The notes beneath the pieces are model-generated. The model saw only the letters and a list, made by a program, of their open reading frames with translations, had not been told where the DNA came from and searched no databases. A stretch of 34,732 bases of DNA from an uncultured virus (IMG/VR IMGVR_UViG_2847556114_000004). Lineage: Duplodnaviria > Heunggongvirae > Uroviricota > Caudoviricetes. Both the position numbers and the translations under genes were made by a program. The DNA is taken from the IMG/VR virus record IMGVR_UViG_2847556114_000004. The stretch is one strand, 5' to 3'. Positions 8,079 to 16,081 of the stretch are shown piece by piece; the first letter of the stretch is position 1; each line of letters starts with the position of its first letter.

Positions 8079-8220
8079 AACGCCACAGCCAGCCATTCCC
8101 GACCCGCTGACCTACGGGGCCAGTCTGGATCTGAATGTGAATCTACTTTCGGCGCTGGGTCAGTGTAACATCGACAAGGCCAGCATCAGGGAACTCGAAA
8201 CATCACGATCCGCGCAATAA
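7966..8220 (+). CDS. Rz1: Outer-membrane spanin lipoprotein (Rz1-like, overlapping type)
   Basis: ATG 7966; lipobox LLTGC; Pro-rich segment; LLSALGQCNIDKASIR; overlaps the 3' end of Rz in another frame. Confidence 0.85.
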   Translation: MTALVGLCLLALLTGCGNTRTVYVPVPAVPLPANLTTETPQPAIPDPLTYGASLDLNVNLLSALGQCNIDKASIRELETSRSAQ

Positions 8221-8297
8221 CGGGGCCACTAAGCGAGCGAGTATTGACTATTGAGCAAATGAACAATATAAGTAAGACATGCTGTCACATTAGCATC

Positions 8298-8327
8298 CGC
8301 TCTTAAAATCTCGCTCTGAAAAAGAGC
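8298..8327 (+). promoter_or_regulatory. Lambda-type nut site (boxA + boxB)
   Basis: CGCTCTTA (8298-8305, lambda boxA), 7-nt spacer, GCTCT-GAAAA-AGAGC (8313-8327). Lambda nutR boxB is GCCCT-GAAAA-AGGGC, so the difference is one compensatory C-G to T-A pair. Confidence 0.7.
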
Positions 8328-8333
8328 AGCACC

Positions 8334-8361
8334 AAGCCTCGCCATCGTGCGGGGCTTTTTT
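8334..8361 (+). terminator. Intrinsic terminator directly after the nut-like site
   Basis: AAGCCTCGC-CATCGT-GCGGGGCTT-TTTT. Confidence 0.8.
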
Positions 8362-8884
8362 GTATCCGAATTTCACCGCTGTAGCAAACAACGATCCGGT
8401 TACCGATTCTTTTATGGTGGCAAAAGCATTCGGCAAGTTATCCAAAAACGTAGTCCGCGATATTGAAAGGACTATTGATGCTTGCCCTCGAGAGTTTGAT
8501 ACAAAGCTCAACTTTGAGCTTTGCTATAAAAACAATAAGTTACAGAATGGTAAGCCGCAGAAGTTCTAACGTCTCCGCAAGGATGGGTTAATGCTTCTTG
8601 TGATGTCTTATACCAAGAAGGAAGCCATGCGTATCAAAATCGCATACATCAACGCTTTCAACTGGATGTACGCAATGCTTCAGATTGGCCAGCGCCAGTT
8701 CGAGGAAGAGCGAAACGCGGTCATGCTTGAGTTCATGAAAGAGAAAGACGTGGCGAGTATGTCCGGTCGTCTGCTCAATCGCTGGGGAAGGGTGAAAAAG
8801 CCTATTTTGCTTGCGAAGATCGAACGACTTGAAAAGCAGGGGCAGATACCACTGCCGGGATTTGCCAAAGCAATTACTGAATAG
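8360..8884 (+). pseudogene. rha: Rha-family regulator, disrupted by an in-frame TAA and lacking a clear start
   Basis: ORFs 8360-8569 and 8591-8884 share a frame: PVTDSFMVAKAFGK..KNVVRDIE...NGKPQKF*RLRKDGLMLLVMSYT..A..IKIAYINAFN (Rha motifs), TAA at 8567-8569. No ATG or RBS at the 5' end. Confidence 0.8.
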
Positions 8885-8885
8885 G

Positions 8886-8909
8886 GGCCGCCACTGAGCG
8901 GTCTTTTTT
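8886..8909 (+). terminator. Intrinsic terminator after rha
   Basis: GGCCGC-CACTGA-GCGGTC-TTTTTT. Confidence 0.7.
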
Positions 8910-9006
8910 ATGTCCATTACAAAGCTCATCTGCGGGTGGGCTTGATAATGGAACTCTCTGCTGATAATGATATGACTCCAGTATTAACTATGGAGTTGTG
9001 GTGATT

Positions 9007-9348
9007 ATGAGTATCGTCCGTGCCGACTTGCTTGAGAAGGCCAAAAATGTAGTCAATGGACCTCAAGACGAGAGTGAAATAATAAAAGCAGCGCTCGAAT
9101 ACTATATAAAAATGAAAGCCGGAAGGCGTTGGAATCAAAGCGATGTAGATGCTTTTGCTAGGAAAATTGAGCAACTGTCTACTGGGGAATATTTTACCAT
9201 TAAGGAGCTAATTGATGACTGGGAAGATCTGAATTCCTCGAGTCAAAAAACGCTAGGGAAAAAGTTATCTAAATACTCGAAAGGTTCTAAAACGATTAAG
9301 AAAACGAGTAAATCTGATACGAATCTGCAAGGTTACCAAAAAATATGA
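9007..9348 (+). CDS. AT-rich moron protein: possible RHH-like N-terminus plus DUF1413-like C-terminus
   Basis: GGAG/GGTG upstream of ATG 9007; ESEIIKAALEYYI helix; FTIKELIDDW...KTLGKKL...NLQGYQK pattern resembles DUF1413. Confidence 0.6.
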   Translation: MSIVRADLLEKAKNVVNGPQDESEIIKAALEYYIKMKAGRRWNQSDVDAFARKIEQLSTGEYFTIKELIDDWEDLNSSSQKTLGKKLSKYSKGSKTIKKTSKSDTNLQGYQKI

Positions 9349-9382
9349 TTTGTATTACCTACGAATCATAATCAGTCTTGTT

Positions 9383-9403
9383 GCCGCCTCTGGGCGGTTT
9401 TTT
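9383..9403 (+). terminator. Intrinsic terminator
   Basis: GCCGCC-TCTG-GGCGGT-TTTTT. Confidence 0.75.
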
Positions 9404-9491
9404 ATTGCCATTACGATGGGCTTTACAGCAGGCATTCCCTGAGTGTCTGCGATAATGCTTTATTATCATTGTTAACGACGGGGTAAAAATC

Positions 9492-9689
9492 ATGAAAATT
9501 TTAGTTGAACACAACTCCAAAGTTATCTGGATGCGTGATAATGAAACATCTGAAGGTGTGGCCTGCAGGAGTTATATTAAGGACGGCGTACAGCAAAAGA
9601 TTATTGCCGCCCTTGAGGATGCCTTAGCTCAGGCAAAGGGTGAGTTATTATGCTGGAATGACTCTGATGCTGTGAGTGACATTTCCTGA
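9492..9689 (+). CDS. Small hypothetical protein convergent with and overlapping the DUF1883 gene
   Basis: GGGGT RBS-like site, ATG, 65 aa; 42-nt 3' overlap with the reverse gene. Confidence 0.5.
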   Translation: MKILVEHNSKVIWMRDNETSEGVACRSYIKDGVQQKIIAALEDALAQAKGELLCWNDSDAVSDIS

Positions 9690-9917
9690 GCCACCACCTA
9701 AATCAATCGTAACGTTCCAGTATCCCATATGAGGCGCAACCAACCGGGTCGGAAGTCTCTCGAAGAAACCACCACCACCATGATGATGAAAACCCCGGTT
9801 ATTTTTATAACTATTGAAGTTACTGTCGGTAGTGAGAAGGATGTTGCACTGGTGCGAGCAGTCAACAACAACGACATCACCTGCATTCAGGTGCATTCGT
9901 TTGTGAAGAAATTGCAT
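9648..9917 (-). CDS. DUF1883 domain protein (moron)
   Basis: AAGGAG RBS then ATG at 9917; LNAGDVVVVDCSHQCNILL...FNSYK...P.RL.AP..GYWNVTIDLGG pattern. Confidence 0.8.
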   Translation of the reverse strand: MQFLHKRMHLNAGDVVVVDCSHQCNILLTTDSNFNSYKNNRGFHHHGGGGFFERLPTRLVAPHMGYWNVTIDLGGGSGNVTHSIRVIPA

Positions 9918-10094
9918 AAGTCTCCTTATCAAGAGGCAATCAGCACTCCTCTCAAGGCTGGTACGCCAACGTCCCACCGCTGACGGGCTGAGCCATTACC
10001 TTACCCAGACTCAACGATAAGTAACATCCTGATATTCAGACAGTAACTGTAATCGATAATGCTGAAGAATAGGCAGTAAATACAGGTGACTGAT

Positions 10095-10733
10095 ATGGCA
10101 ACACTGAAGGATTTATCAAACCAGTTAAAGCAACTGCAAAAGCAAATCCCGTTTGCCACAGCTCAGGCGATGACAAAAGTTGTACGCCAGATTGAGTTGG
10201 CTCAGAAGACGGCATTCGAACGACATCTGGAGAGCCCCACGCCGTTTACCGTTAAATCAGTTGGTTCGGTGGCGGCAAGAAAGAACAATCTGACCGCAAA
10301 GGTTTTTGTCCGTGATACCGCTGCTGGTTATCTGGAACCATTCGAGTTTGGCGGAGAGCACAAGCTCAATAGCCAGGCTCTATTAAATCCCAAGAACGTT
10401 AAGCTAAACAAATACGGCAACATGCCGCGTAATAAGCTCTCACAGCTTAAAGCAAAGGAAAATGTATTCGTAGGTGAGGTTGATGGCGTTAACGCTGTCT
10501 GGCAGCGTAAGAAGCCGATGAAAGCTAAGAAGCGACGGGCCAAACGTTCCGCTAACGGGACGCGAAGACCGAAACGCAAACAGCGTTCTCCAAAGCTTTT
10601 GATCCGGTTTGGTGATGCGCTACCTGTGACTCCAGTGCTGGGGTATATGGATAGGTCCCATACCATGGCGAACGCACTGCTACCGTCTGCTTTAAATCAG
10701 GCGATAGCAGAAGCCATCAGGACGGCAAAATAA
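10095..10733 (+). CDS. Basic phage protein, possible neck/tail-completion (gpZ-like) protein
   Basis: AGGTG RBS; QIPFATAQAMTK...PTPFT motif common just upstream of terminases; highly basic C-terminal half. Confidence 0.65.
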   Translation: MATLKDLSNQLKQLQKQIPFATAQAMTKVVRQIELAQKTAFERHLESPTPFTVKSVGSVAARKNNLTAKVFVRDTAAGYLEPFEFGGEHKLNSQALLNPKNVKLNKYGNMPRNKLSQLKAKENVFVGEVDGVNAVWQRKKPMKAKKRRAKRSANGTRRPKRKQRSPKLLIRFGDALPVTPVLGYMDRSHTMANALLPSALNQAIAEAIRTAK

Positions 10734-10743
10734 AAGCAGTAAC

Positions 10744-11247
10744 TTATAAGCTAATTTCGCAAGCTTTTATGAAGCTGTTAACTGCAGTTGTCGATCCAGA
10801 AACATTGGCTGACATGGAATGCTGGTTTCCGCCATCCTTTGTTTGCACACCAACTAACACTTTGGATTTCGCCCCCTGAAGCTGCTTAAGCACTGTTTTT
10901 AGTTGGTCCGCGTCATCCGATTGAATCTGGAGGCTCTGAACATTACGTCTTGAAAGGGTAGCATCGAGCTTCACTGTGGTATTCCCGTCGACCTTCATTA
11001 TCAGGTCCATTGGTACCTCTGATAGTGATTCGGTGCTTTTATCCATTTCAACGTATGCCGCCGATAGCTTTTCTTTAGTGCAGTCAAACACAATGGCGCC
11101 ATTGTCGGATGAAACCTCGCCAAGCATCATTGCTTTCTTACCACCAGAGAAAAGGTCATCTTCAGTATTAGTTACCCACTGGGCATGAGCAATTGGTGAT
11201 GCCAGCACTGCGGCTACGAAAGTTATTTTGATTATATTGTTACCCAT
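10744..11247 (-). CDS. Exported/periplasmic hypothetical protein (moron)
   Basis: AAGGAG RBS, ATG 11247; Sec signal ending AHA; two Cys; 167 aa. Confidence 0.75.
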   Translation of the reverse strand: MGNNIIKITFVAAVLASPIAHAQWVTNTEDDLFSGGKKAMMLGEVSSDNGAIVFDCTKEKLSAAYVEMDKSTESLSEVPMDLIMKVDGNTTVKLDATLSRRNVQSLQIQSDDADQLKTVLKQLQGAKSKVLVGVQTKDGGNQHSMSANVSGSTTAVNSFIKACEISL

Positions 11248-11314
11248 TACATTCTCCTTGTATTGAATAGGAATAATCATAGTCGGAGCGAATGGTCGAA
11301 GCCATTAAAAAAAT

Positions 11315-11360
11315 GGGTCCTTCCTGAGACTTTTGTAAGGTACGGGCATTGCGCGCCGCG
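11315..11360 (+). other. Lambda-like cos site (cosQ + cosN)
   Basis: GGGTCCT (cosQ, 11315-11321), 23 nt, then TACG|GGCATTGCGCGC|CGCG. Same layout and spacing as lambda TACG|GGGCGGCGACCT|CGCG; immediately upstream of terS. Confidence 0.85.
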
Positions 11361-11390
11361 GTGTTTTCCTAGCTACAACTTTCAGATTTG

Positions 11391-11538
11391 TGTCCCATGT
11401 CCCACCTCTGGCGATCATTACGGACACCTCGCCAGCTCTGGCTATTCCAGTTTATTCCAGTGGGACATTCTGGTGGGACATGGCAAAAATGTCCCAGGCG
11501 AATGTCCCACCCCAGAAAATGTCCCAGGTGATGTCCCA
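11391..11538. repeat. Eight TGTCCCA heptamers (6 direct, 2 inverted); probable cosB terminase-binding sites
   Basis: TGTCCCA at 11391, 11398, 11490, 11503, 11520, 11532; TGGGACA at 11461, 11474. Confidence 0.8.
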
Positions 11539-12107
11539 TGACCACGATGAACCAGAGTCAGTACGCACAACATTCAGGTGTGGATCGCAAAACAATTGGT
11601 CGGTGGATTAAAGCCGGGCGCTTCATTGTGATGGACGGAGACCTGATTGACGTAGAGGCCAGCGATGCGGCATTGAAGAAAAACCGCGATGGCAAAGACC
11701 CGCGCGCCTCGAACGCGAAGAAAAAGAAAACTCCCGTCGTTAGCGATAACGATGATGACGGTGATGAAATCAATAAAACTGTCCGCCAGATAATGCTCAC
11801 TGAAGGGGCAGATCTTTCGAGAGAGGAAGCGGGACGTATCCGCGAGAATTACATGGCCCTGCAGGCAAAGCTGCAGTATGAAAAAGACAGCGGCCAGCTT
11901 ATTGAGCTGACAGCAGCCGAGGAGGTTTTATTCAACGCCTTTCGCCAACAGCGTGATGCCTGGCTTAACTGGCCGTCCAGGGTGGCGCCGCTAATGGCTG
12001 CTGATCTGGATGTACCGGCGGACAGGATGACAGAGGTGCTGATTGAACATGTCCACAAACACATCTCAGTCCTCGGAGAGCCAGAGTTTAACCCGGCAGA
12101 AGATTGA
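11538..12107 (+). CDS. Terminase small subunit (Nu1-like)
   Basis: N-terminal wHTH (QSQYAQHSGVDRKTIGRWIKAG), ALQAKLQYEKDSGQLIE coil; between cos and terL. Confidence 0.88.
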   Translation: MTTMNQSQYAQHSGVDRKTIGRWIKAGRFIVMDGDLIDVEASDAALKKNRDGKDPRASNAKKKKTPVVSDNDDDGDEINKTVRQIMLTEGADLSREEAGRIRENYMALQAKLQYEKDSGQLIELTAAEEVLFNAFRQQRDAWLNWPSRVAPLMAADLDVPADRMTEVLIEHVHKHISVLGEPEFNPAED

Positions 12108-14172
12108 GCGTCTTGAATTAAGCGTCCGCAAAGGCTGGACACCCCCGCCGCGTATCAGTGTGCCGCAGTGGGCAGATGACTATCGTAAGCTGGCAAAAGA
12201 GGCTGGGAGCACTTCGGGAAACTGGGAAACATCGACGGTAGAAATTGCCCGCGGACCGATGCTTGCCGCGACGGAGTCCGGGGTTCATATCATCACTGTA
12301 ATGTGCTGTACCCAGTTGATGAAGACAGCACTGCTGGAAAACCTTTTTGGCTATTTTGCCCACCTCGATCCTTGTCCGATACTGCTGCTGCAGCCGAAAG
12401 AAGAAGCCGCTGAACAGTTTTCGAAAGAGCGTATTAGCCCGCTGGTAAGGGTGACGCCGGTACTGCGTAAAATCATCGGTGATTCGAAACAGAAAAGCTC
12501 GAAAGAAACCATTCTTTACAAGGCATTCACTGGCGGATTTCTGGCGCTGGCGGGTGCTGGTAGCCCTGATAACCTTGCGCGTCGTCCGATTCGTGTCCTG
12601 CTGGCGGATGAAGTGGACAAGTACCCGATAACCCGCGAAGGCGATCCAATTGCGCTGGCCGAAGAGCGTACAGCGACATTTGGCCTAACCTGGCTGTCTG
12701 TACGCGCCTGTTCGCCGACGGTGGAGGATGAGAGCCGCATTGCTGACAGCTATGCCGACTCCGATCAGCGCCGGGCATCTGTGGTTTGCCCGCACTGTGG
12801 CCACCGCCAGTTCCCCGACTTTTTCAAACACGTTCAGTGGCCGAAAGAGGGAGATAAACACCTGACTAAATCGGCGATGCTCTATTGCGAATGCTGTGGT
12901 AGTGGCTGGTCCGAAGGACAGCGCCTCAGAGCTCTGCACACTATTCGATGGCATCAGACGCGCCCATTTGAGTGCTGCGGGGAGCGGCACTCACCGCTGA
13001 TGGATTATGACCTTGCCTGGCGGGCGGCAGACGAGGGCAGCGTTGAAAAGGTCTGGCAATGGTCAGAGTCGGAACGGCATGCGGTCTATCGCGCAATCTG
13101 CCCCTCCTGTGGAAAGGAGGCAGTCGATAACCACCACGCGGGGTACCAGGCATCCAAGCTTTTCAGCCCCTGGCAAAAAGATAAGCCGTCGGATATTGCG
13201 AAAAAATATATCGATGCGAAGGGCGATCCGGATAAGGAACAGGCGTGGTGGAATACCCAGATGGGGCTTCCGCACCGACCTAATCATGGGAAACAGCTCC
13301 CTGTTGATGTTCTGCTGGCGCGCCGGGAAATATTTCCGGCCGTCGTTCCGGACGGGGTGGCATTGTTAACAGCTGGAGTTGATACCCAAGACGATCGCTT
13401 CGAAATTACGATCACCGGCTGGGGGAGAGATGAAGAATCGTGGTCGGTCGCGCATGACGTTATTTATGGTGACCTTGAGACGGAAGAACCCTGGAAGCGA
13501 CTGGATGCATACCTGAAACAGATCTGGCGACGTGGTGACGGGCGCGGCCTGAATATCATGGCAACGTGCATGGACTCCGGCGGCCACCATACGCAGAAGG
13601 TATACGAATTCGCCAAAGAGCGTCTTGGCCGTCGTGTCTGGGCAATTAAGGGGGAGTCTGCACAGGGAGGCAAACGCAATCCTGTCTGGCCGACCAAACG
13701 ACCATCATCGAAAAGCAAAGCCAGTTTCCGCCCTGTCATTCTGGGGGTTAACTCAGCGAAAGACGTGATACGCGGTCGCCTGCATCTTGAGCCACCCAAA
13801 CCTGGCGCCGCCGCTGCGGGTTATATGCATTTTCCTGACGATCGCGATCTCGGGTACTTCAATCAGCTGCTGGCGGAGCGACTGGTTTACAAAGTCATTT
13901 CCGGGCAGCGGTACAGTATCTGGGAAGCAATACCAGGACGAGCTAACGAAGCGCTTGACTGCCTCGTTTACAGCTATGCCGCGCTGTGCGGTCTCAAACA
14001 TATGGGGTTAAAACTCAACGTCCGGGCCGCCAACCTCGAAGCCGATCCGGATAAGTTCCTGCCAGCGCCAGTTGGACAGGAAGAAAAAATCAATTACGAG
14101 CTGCCGGGTGCGGTTATTGAAGAACCAGCGCCGGTCAAACGTAAGCGAATATCGCAACTCCTGCCGAAATAA
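12049..14172 (+). CDS. Terminase large subunit (lambda gpA family)
   Basis: TQLMKT Walker A variant, LLADEVDKY, ACSPT, CxxC motifs, LTAGVDTQDDR, CMDSGG, NEALDC. Start codon uncertain (12043 TTG or 12049 ATG). Confidence 0.95.
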   Translation: MSTNTSQSSESQSLTRQKIERLELSVRKGWTPPPRISVPQWADDYRKLAKEAGSTSGNWETSTVEIARGPMLAATESGVHIITVMCCTQLMKTALLENLFGYFAHLDPCPILLLQPKEEAAEQFSKERISPLVRVTPVLRKIIGDSKQKSSKETILYKAFTGGFLALAGAGSPDNLARRPIRVLLADEVDKYPITREGDPIALAEERTATFGLTWLSVRACSPTVEDESRIADSYADSDQRRASVVCPHCGHRQFPDFFKHVQWPKEGDKHLTKSAMLYCECCGSGWSEGQRLRALHTIRWHQTRPFECCGERHSPLMDYDLAWRAADEGSVEKVWQWSESERHAVYRAICPSCGKEAVDNHHAGYQASKLFSPWQKDKPSDIAKKYIDAKGDPDKEQAWWNTQMGLPHRPNHGKQLPVDVLLARREIFPAVVPDGVALLTAGVDTQDDRFEITITGWGRDEESWSVAHDVIYGDLETEEPWKRLDAYLKQIWRRGDGRGLNIMATCMDSGGHHTQKVYEFAKERLGRRVWAIKGESAQGGKRNPVWPTKRPSSKSKASFRPVILGVNSAKDVIRGRLHLEPPKPGAAAAGYMHFPDDRDLGYFNQLLAERLVYKVISGQRYSIWEAIPGRANEALDCLVYSYAALCGLKHMGLKLNVRAANLEADPDKFLPAPVGQEEKINYELPGAVIEEPAPVKRKRISQLLPK

Positions 14173-14180
14173 GGAAAATC

Positions 14181-14444
14181 ATGTTCAACCGGAACACCAG
14201 CCTGCTTGCCGGCGCAATGACTGACGATCAGCTCAGGGATGCGCTTGCGAAAGCTCAGCAGGCGTACATTGATTTAGCAACCGGGAGCCACGGTGTTTCG
14301 TTTTCCTATACGCAGGGAGACGGGACGCGATCAGTGTCCTATCAGCAAAGCACCCTGGCTGATCTGCTGGCCCTGATTCAACTTCTGCAGGCGCAACTGG
14401 GGATTATCTCTCGTCCCCGGAAACCAGCGAGGTTTAGATTCTGA
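14181..14444 (+). CDS. Head completion protein (gpW-like)
   Basis: LAKAQQAYIDLATG...RSVSYQQSTLADL..LI..LQAQLG; lies between terL and portal. Confidence 0.85.
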   Translation: MFNRNTSLLAGAMTDDQLRDALAKAQQAYIDLATGSHGVSFSYTQGDGTRSVSYQQSTLADLLALIQLLQAQLGIISRPRKPARFRF

Positions 14445-16081
14445 TGAATAAAGTACAGATACTGGGCTCTGATGGGCAGCCGTTGCGACAGCAGCGTCCC
14501 TCTATGCTGGTGGGGGGGAGCCGCGTACCTTATGACGCAGCTGACTCTTTCAGCGATCAACTGGCGAACTGGCAACCCGCGCTGTGGTCCCCGGACAATG
14601 AAATTAACATTTACCGGGATCGCATCGTGTCCCGCGCACGCGATCTGGTCCGTAATGACGGCTGGGCAAACGGTGCGGTCACACGTCTGCTGGATAATGC
14701 GGTTGGTGCCAACTTCCGCCCCATCATGAAACCCGATTACCGTGTTCTCAGAATGATCACCGGAAACAAGGCGTTTGATGCGTCCTGGGCGGAAGAGTAC
14801 GGAAAAGCACTGGACGGGCACTGGCGGACCTGGAGTAACGATCCTGGCCGGTATTGTGATGTTGAACGAAAACTCACCGTGTCGCAGATGTTACGCCTGG
14901 GATTTCGTCACAAGCTTATTGACGGGGATGCTCTGGCCATTCTCCAGTACAGAACTGACAGGCTTGGTCCCGGAAGAGGGCGTTACGCCACCACGGTACA
15001 GATTGTCGATCCTGACCGCCTCAGTAATCCTCAGCAGAATTTCGATATGCCAAATGTCCGTGGTGGCGTTGAAATTGATGCGGACGGTGCGCCGGTTGCT
15101 TACCACATCAGGGAGGCCCATATCGGTGACTGGTGGAGCGGGGCTAAAACCATGACGTGGCAGCGTATCCCGCGTGAAACTGACTGGGGACGCCCGCATG
15201 TGGTTCACGATTTTGATCATGAGCGTGGCGCGCAGCACCGCGGTAACGGCATCCTGACTCCGGTTATTCAGCGTCTGAAAATGCTGGTGAAGTATGACCA
15301 GAGTGAGCTTGAGGCAGCAATTCTTAATGCCATATTCGCCGCTTACATTGAGTCACCCTATGACCCTGCGATGGTTCAGTCTGCCCTGGGCGAGACCTAT
15401 GACGAGTCGGAGTTAGGCACTTATCAGGACGGGCGTGTTGAGTTCCATAACGATCGGCGTCTGACACTTCAGAATGGTGCCCGAATGCCCATTCTTTATC
15501 CTGGTGAGAAAATCACGACGGTTAACGCGGCGCGGCCCTACAGCAATTTTGAAGTCTTCGAATCTGCTGTTCTCCGTAATTTTTCTTCAGGAACAGGGTT
15601 GTCCCCACAGCAGGTCACCCAGGACTGGTCTGACGTTAACTACAGTTCTGCACGCTCCTCGTTGCTGGAGGCATGGAAAACACTGACTCGCCGCCGGGAC
15701 GATTTTTCTACCGGCTTCGCTCAGCCCATTCTCACCGCCTTTGTTGAAGAAGTTCACGACAATGAGGATTTACCCCTGCCCGCAGGCGCACCTGATTTTG
15801 TTGACGCCAGAGCCGCGTATTCTCGCGCGCGCTGGATGGGGCCAGGGCGCGGCTGGGTGGATCCGGTTGCAGAGAAAAAAGGCGCCATTCTTGGTCTGGA
15901 TGCCGGACTTTCCACCCTCGAGATTGAGGTGGGTGAAAACGTCGGTGAAGACTGGGAAGAAGTGCTTGATCAGCGCCAGAGAGAAATTGAGTCATGTCTT
16001 AAACGCGGATTACCGCTTCCGAGCTGGGCACAGGCTGACCAGTTTGCGAGCCAGACCATTACCGATCCGGAGGAAAAGTGA
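14444..16081 (+). CDS. Portal protein (lambda family)
   Basis: RARDLVRND, DWSDVNYSSARSSLLE and GRGWVDPVAE motifs. Confidence 0.95.
   Translation: MNKVQILGSDGQPLRQQRPSMLVGGSRVPYDAADSFSDQLANWQPALWSPDNEINIYRDRIVSRARDLVRNDGWANGAVTRLLDNAVGANFRPIMKPDYRVLRMITGNKAFDASWAEEYGKALDGHWRTWSNDPGRYCDVERKLTVSQMLRLGFRHKLIDGDALAILQYRTDRLGPGRGRYATTVQIVDPDRLSNPQQNFDMPNVRGGVEIDADGAPVAYHIREAHIGDWWSGAKTMTWQRIPRETDWGRPHVVHDFDHERGAQHRGNGILTPVIQRLKMLVKYDQSELEAAILNAIFAAYIESPYDPAMVQSALGETYDESELGTYQDGRVEFHNDRRLTLQNGARMPILYPGEKITTVNAARPYSNFEVFESAVLRNFSSGTGLSPQQVTQDWSDVNYSSARSSLLEAWKTLTRRRDDFSTGFAQPILTAFVEEVHDNEDLPLPAGAPDFVDARAAYSRARWMGPGRGWVDPVAEKKGAILGLDAGLSTLEIEVGENVGEDWEEVLDQRQREIESCLKRGLPLPSWAQADQFASQTITDPEEK

Noticed and set aside
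11391..11538. TGTCCCA repeats as a CRISPR array or replication iterons
   Set aside because: Repeats are 7 bp, irregularly spaced and in both orientations, with no cas or rep gene adjacent. Their position between cosN and terS explains them as cosB.
11263..11611. ORFs 11263-11541 and 11390-11611
   Set aside because: They run across the cos site and heptamer repeats and have no RBS or protein-like features.
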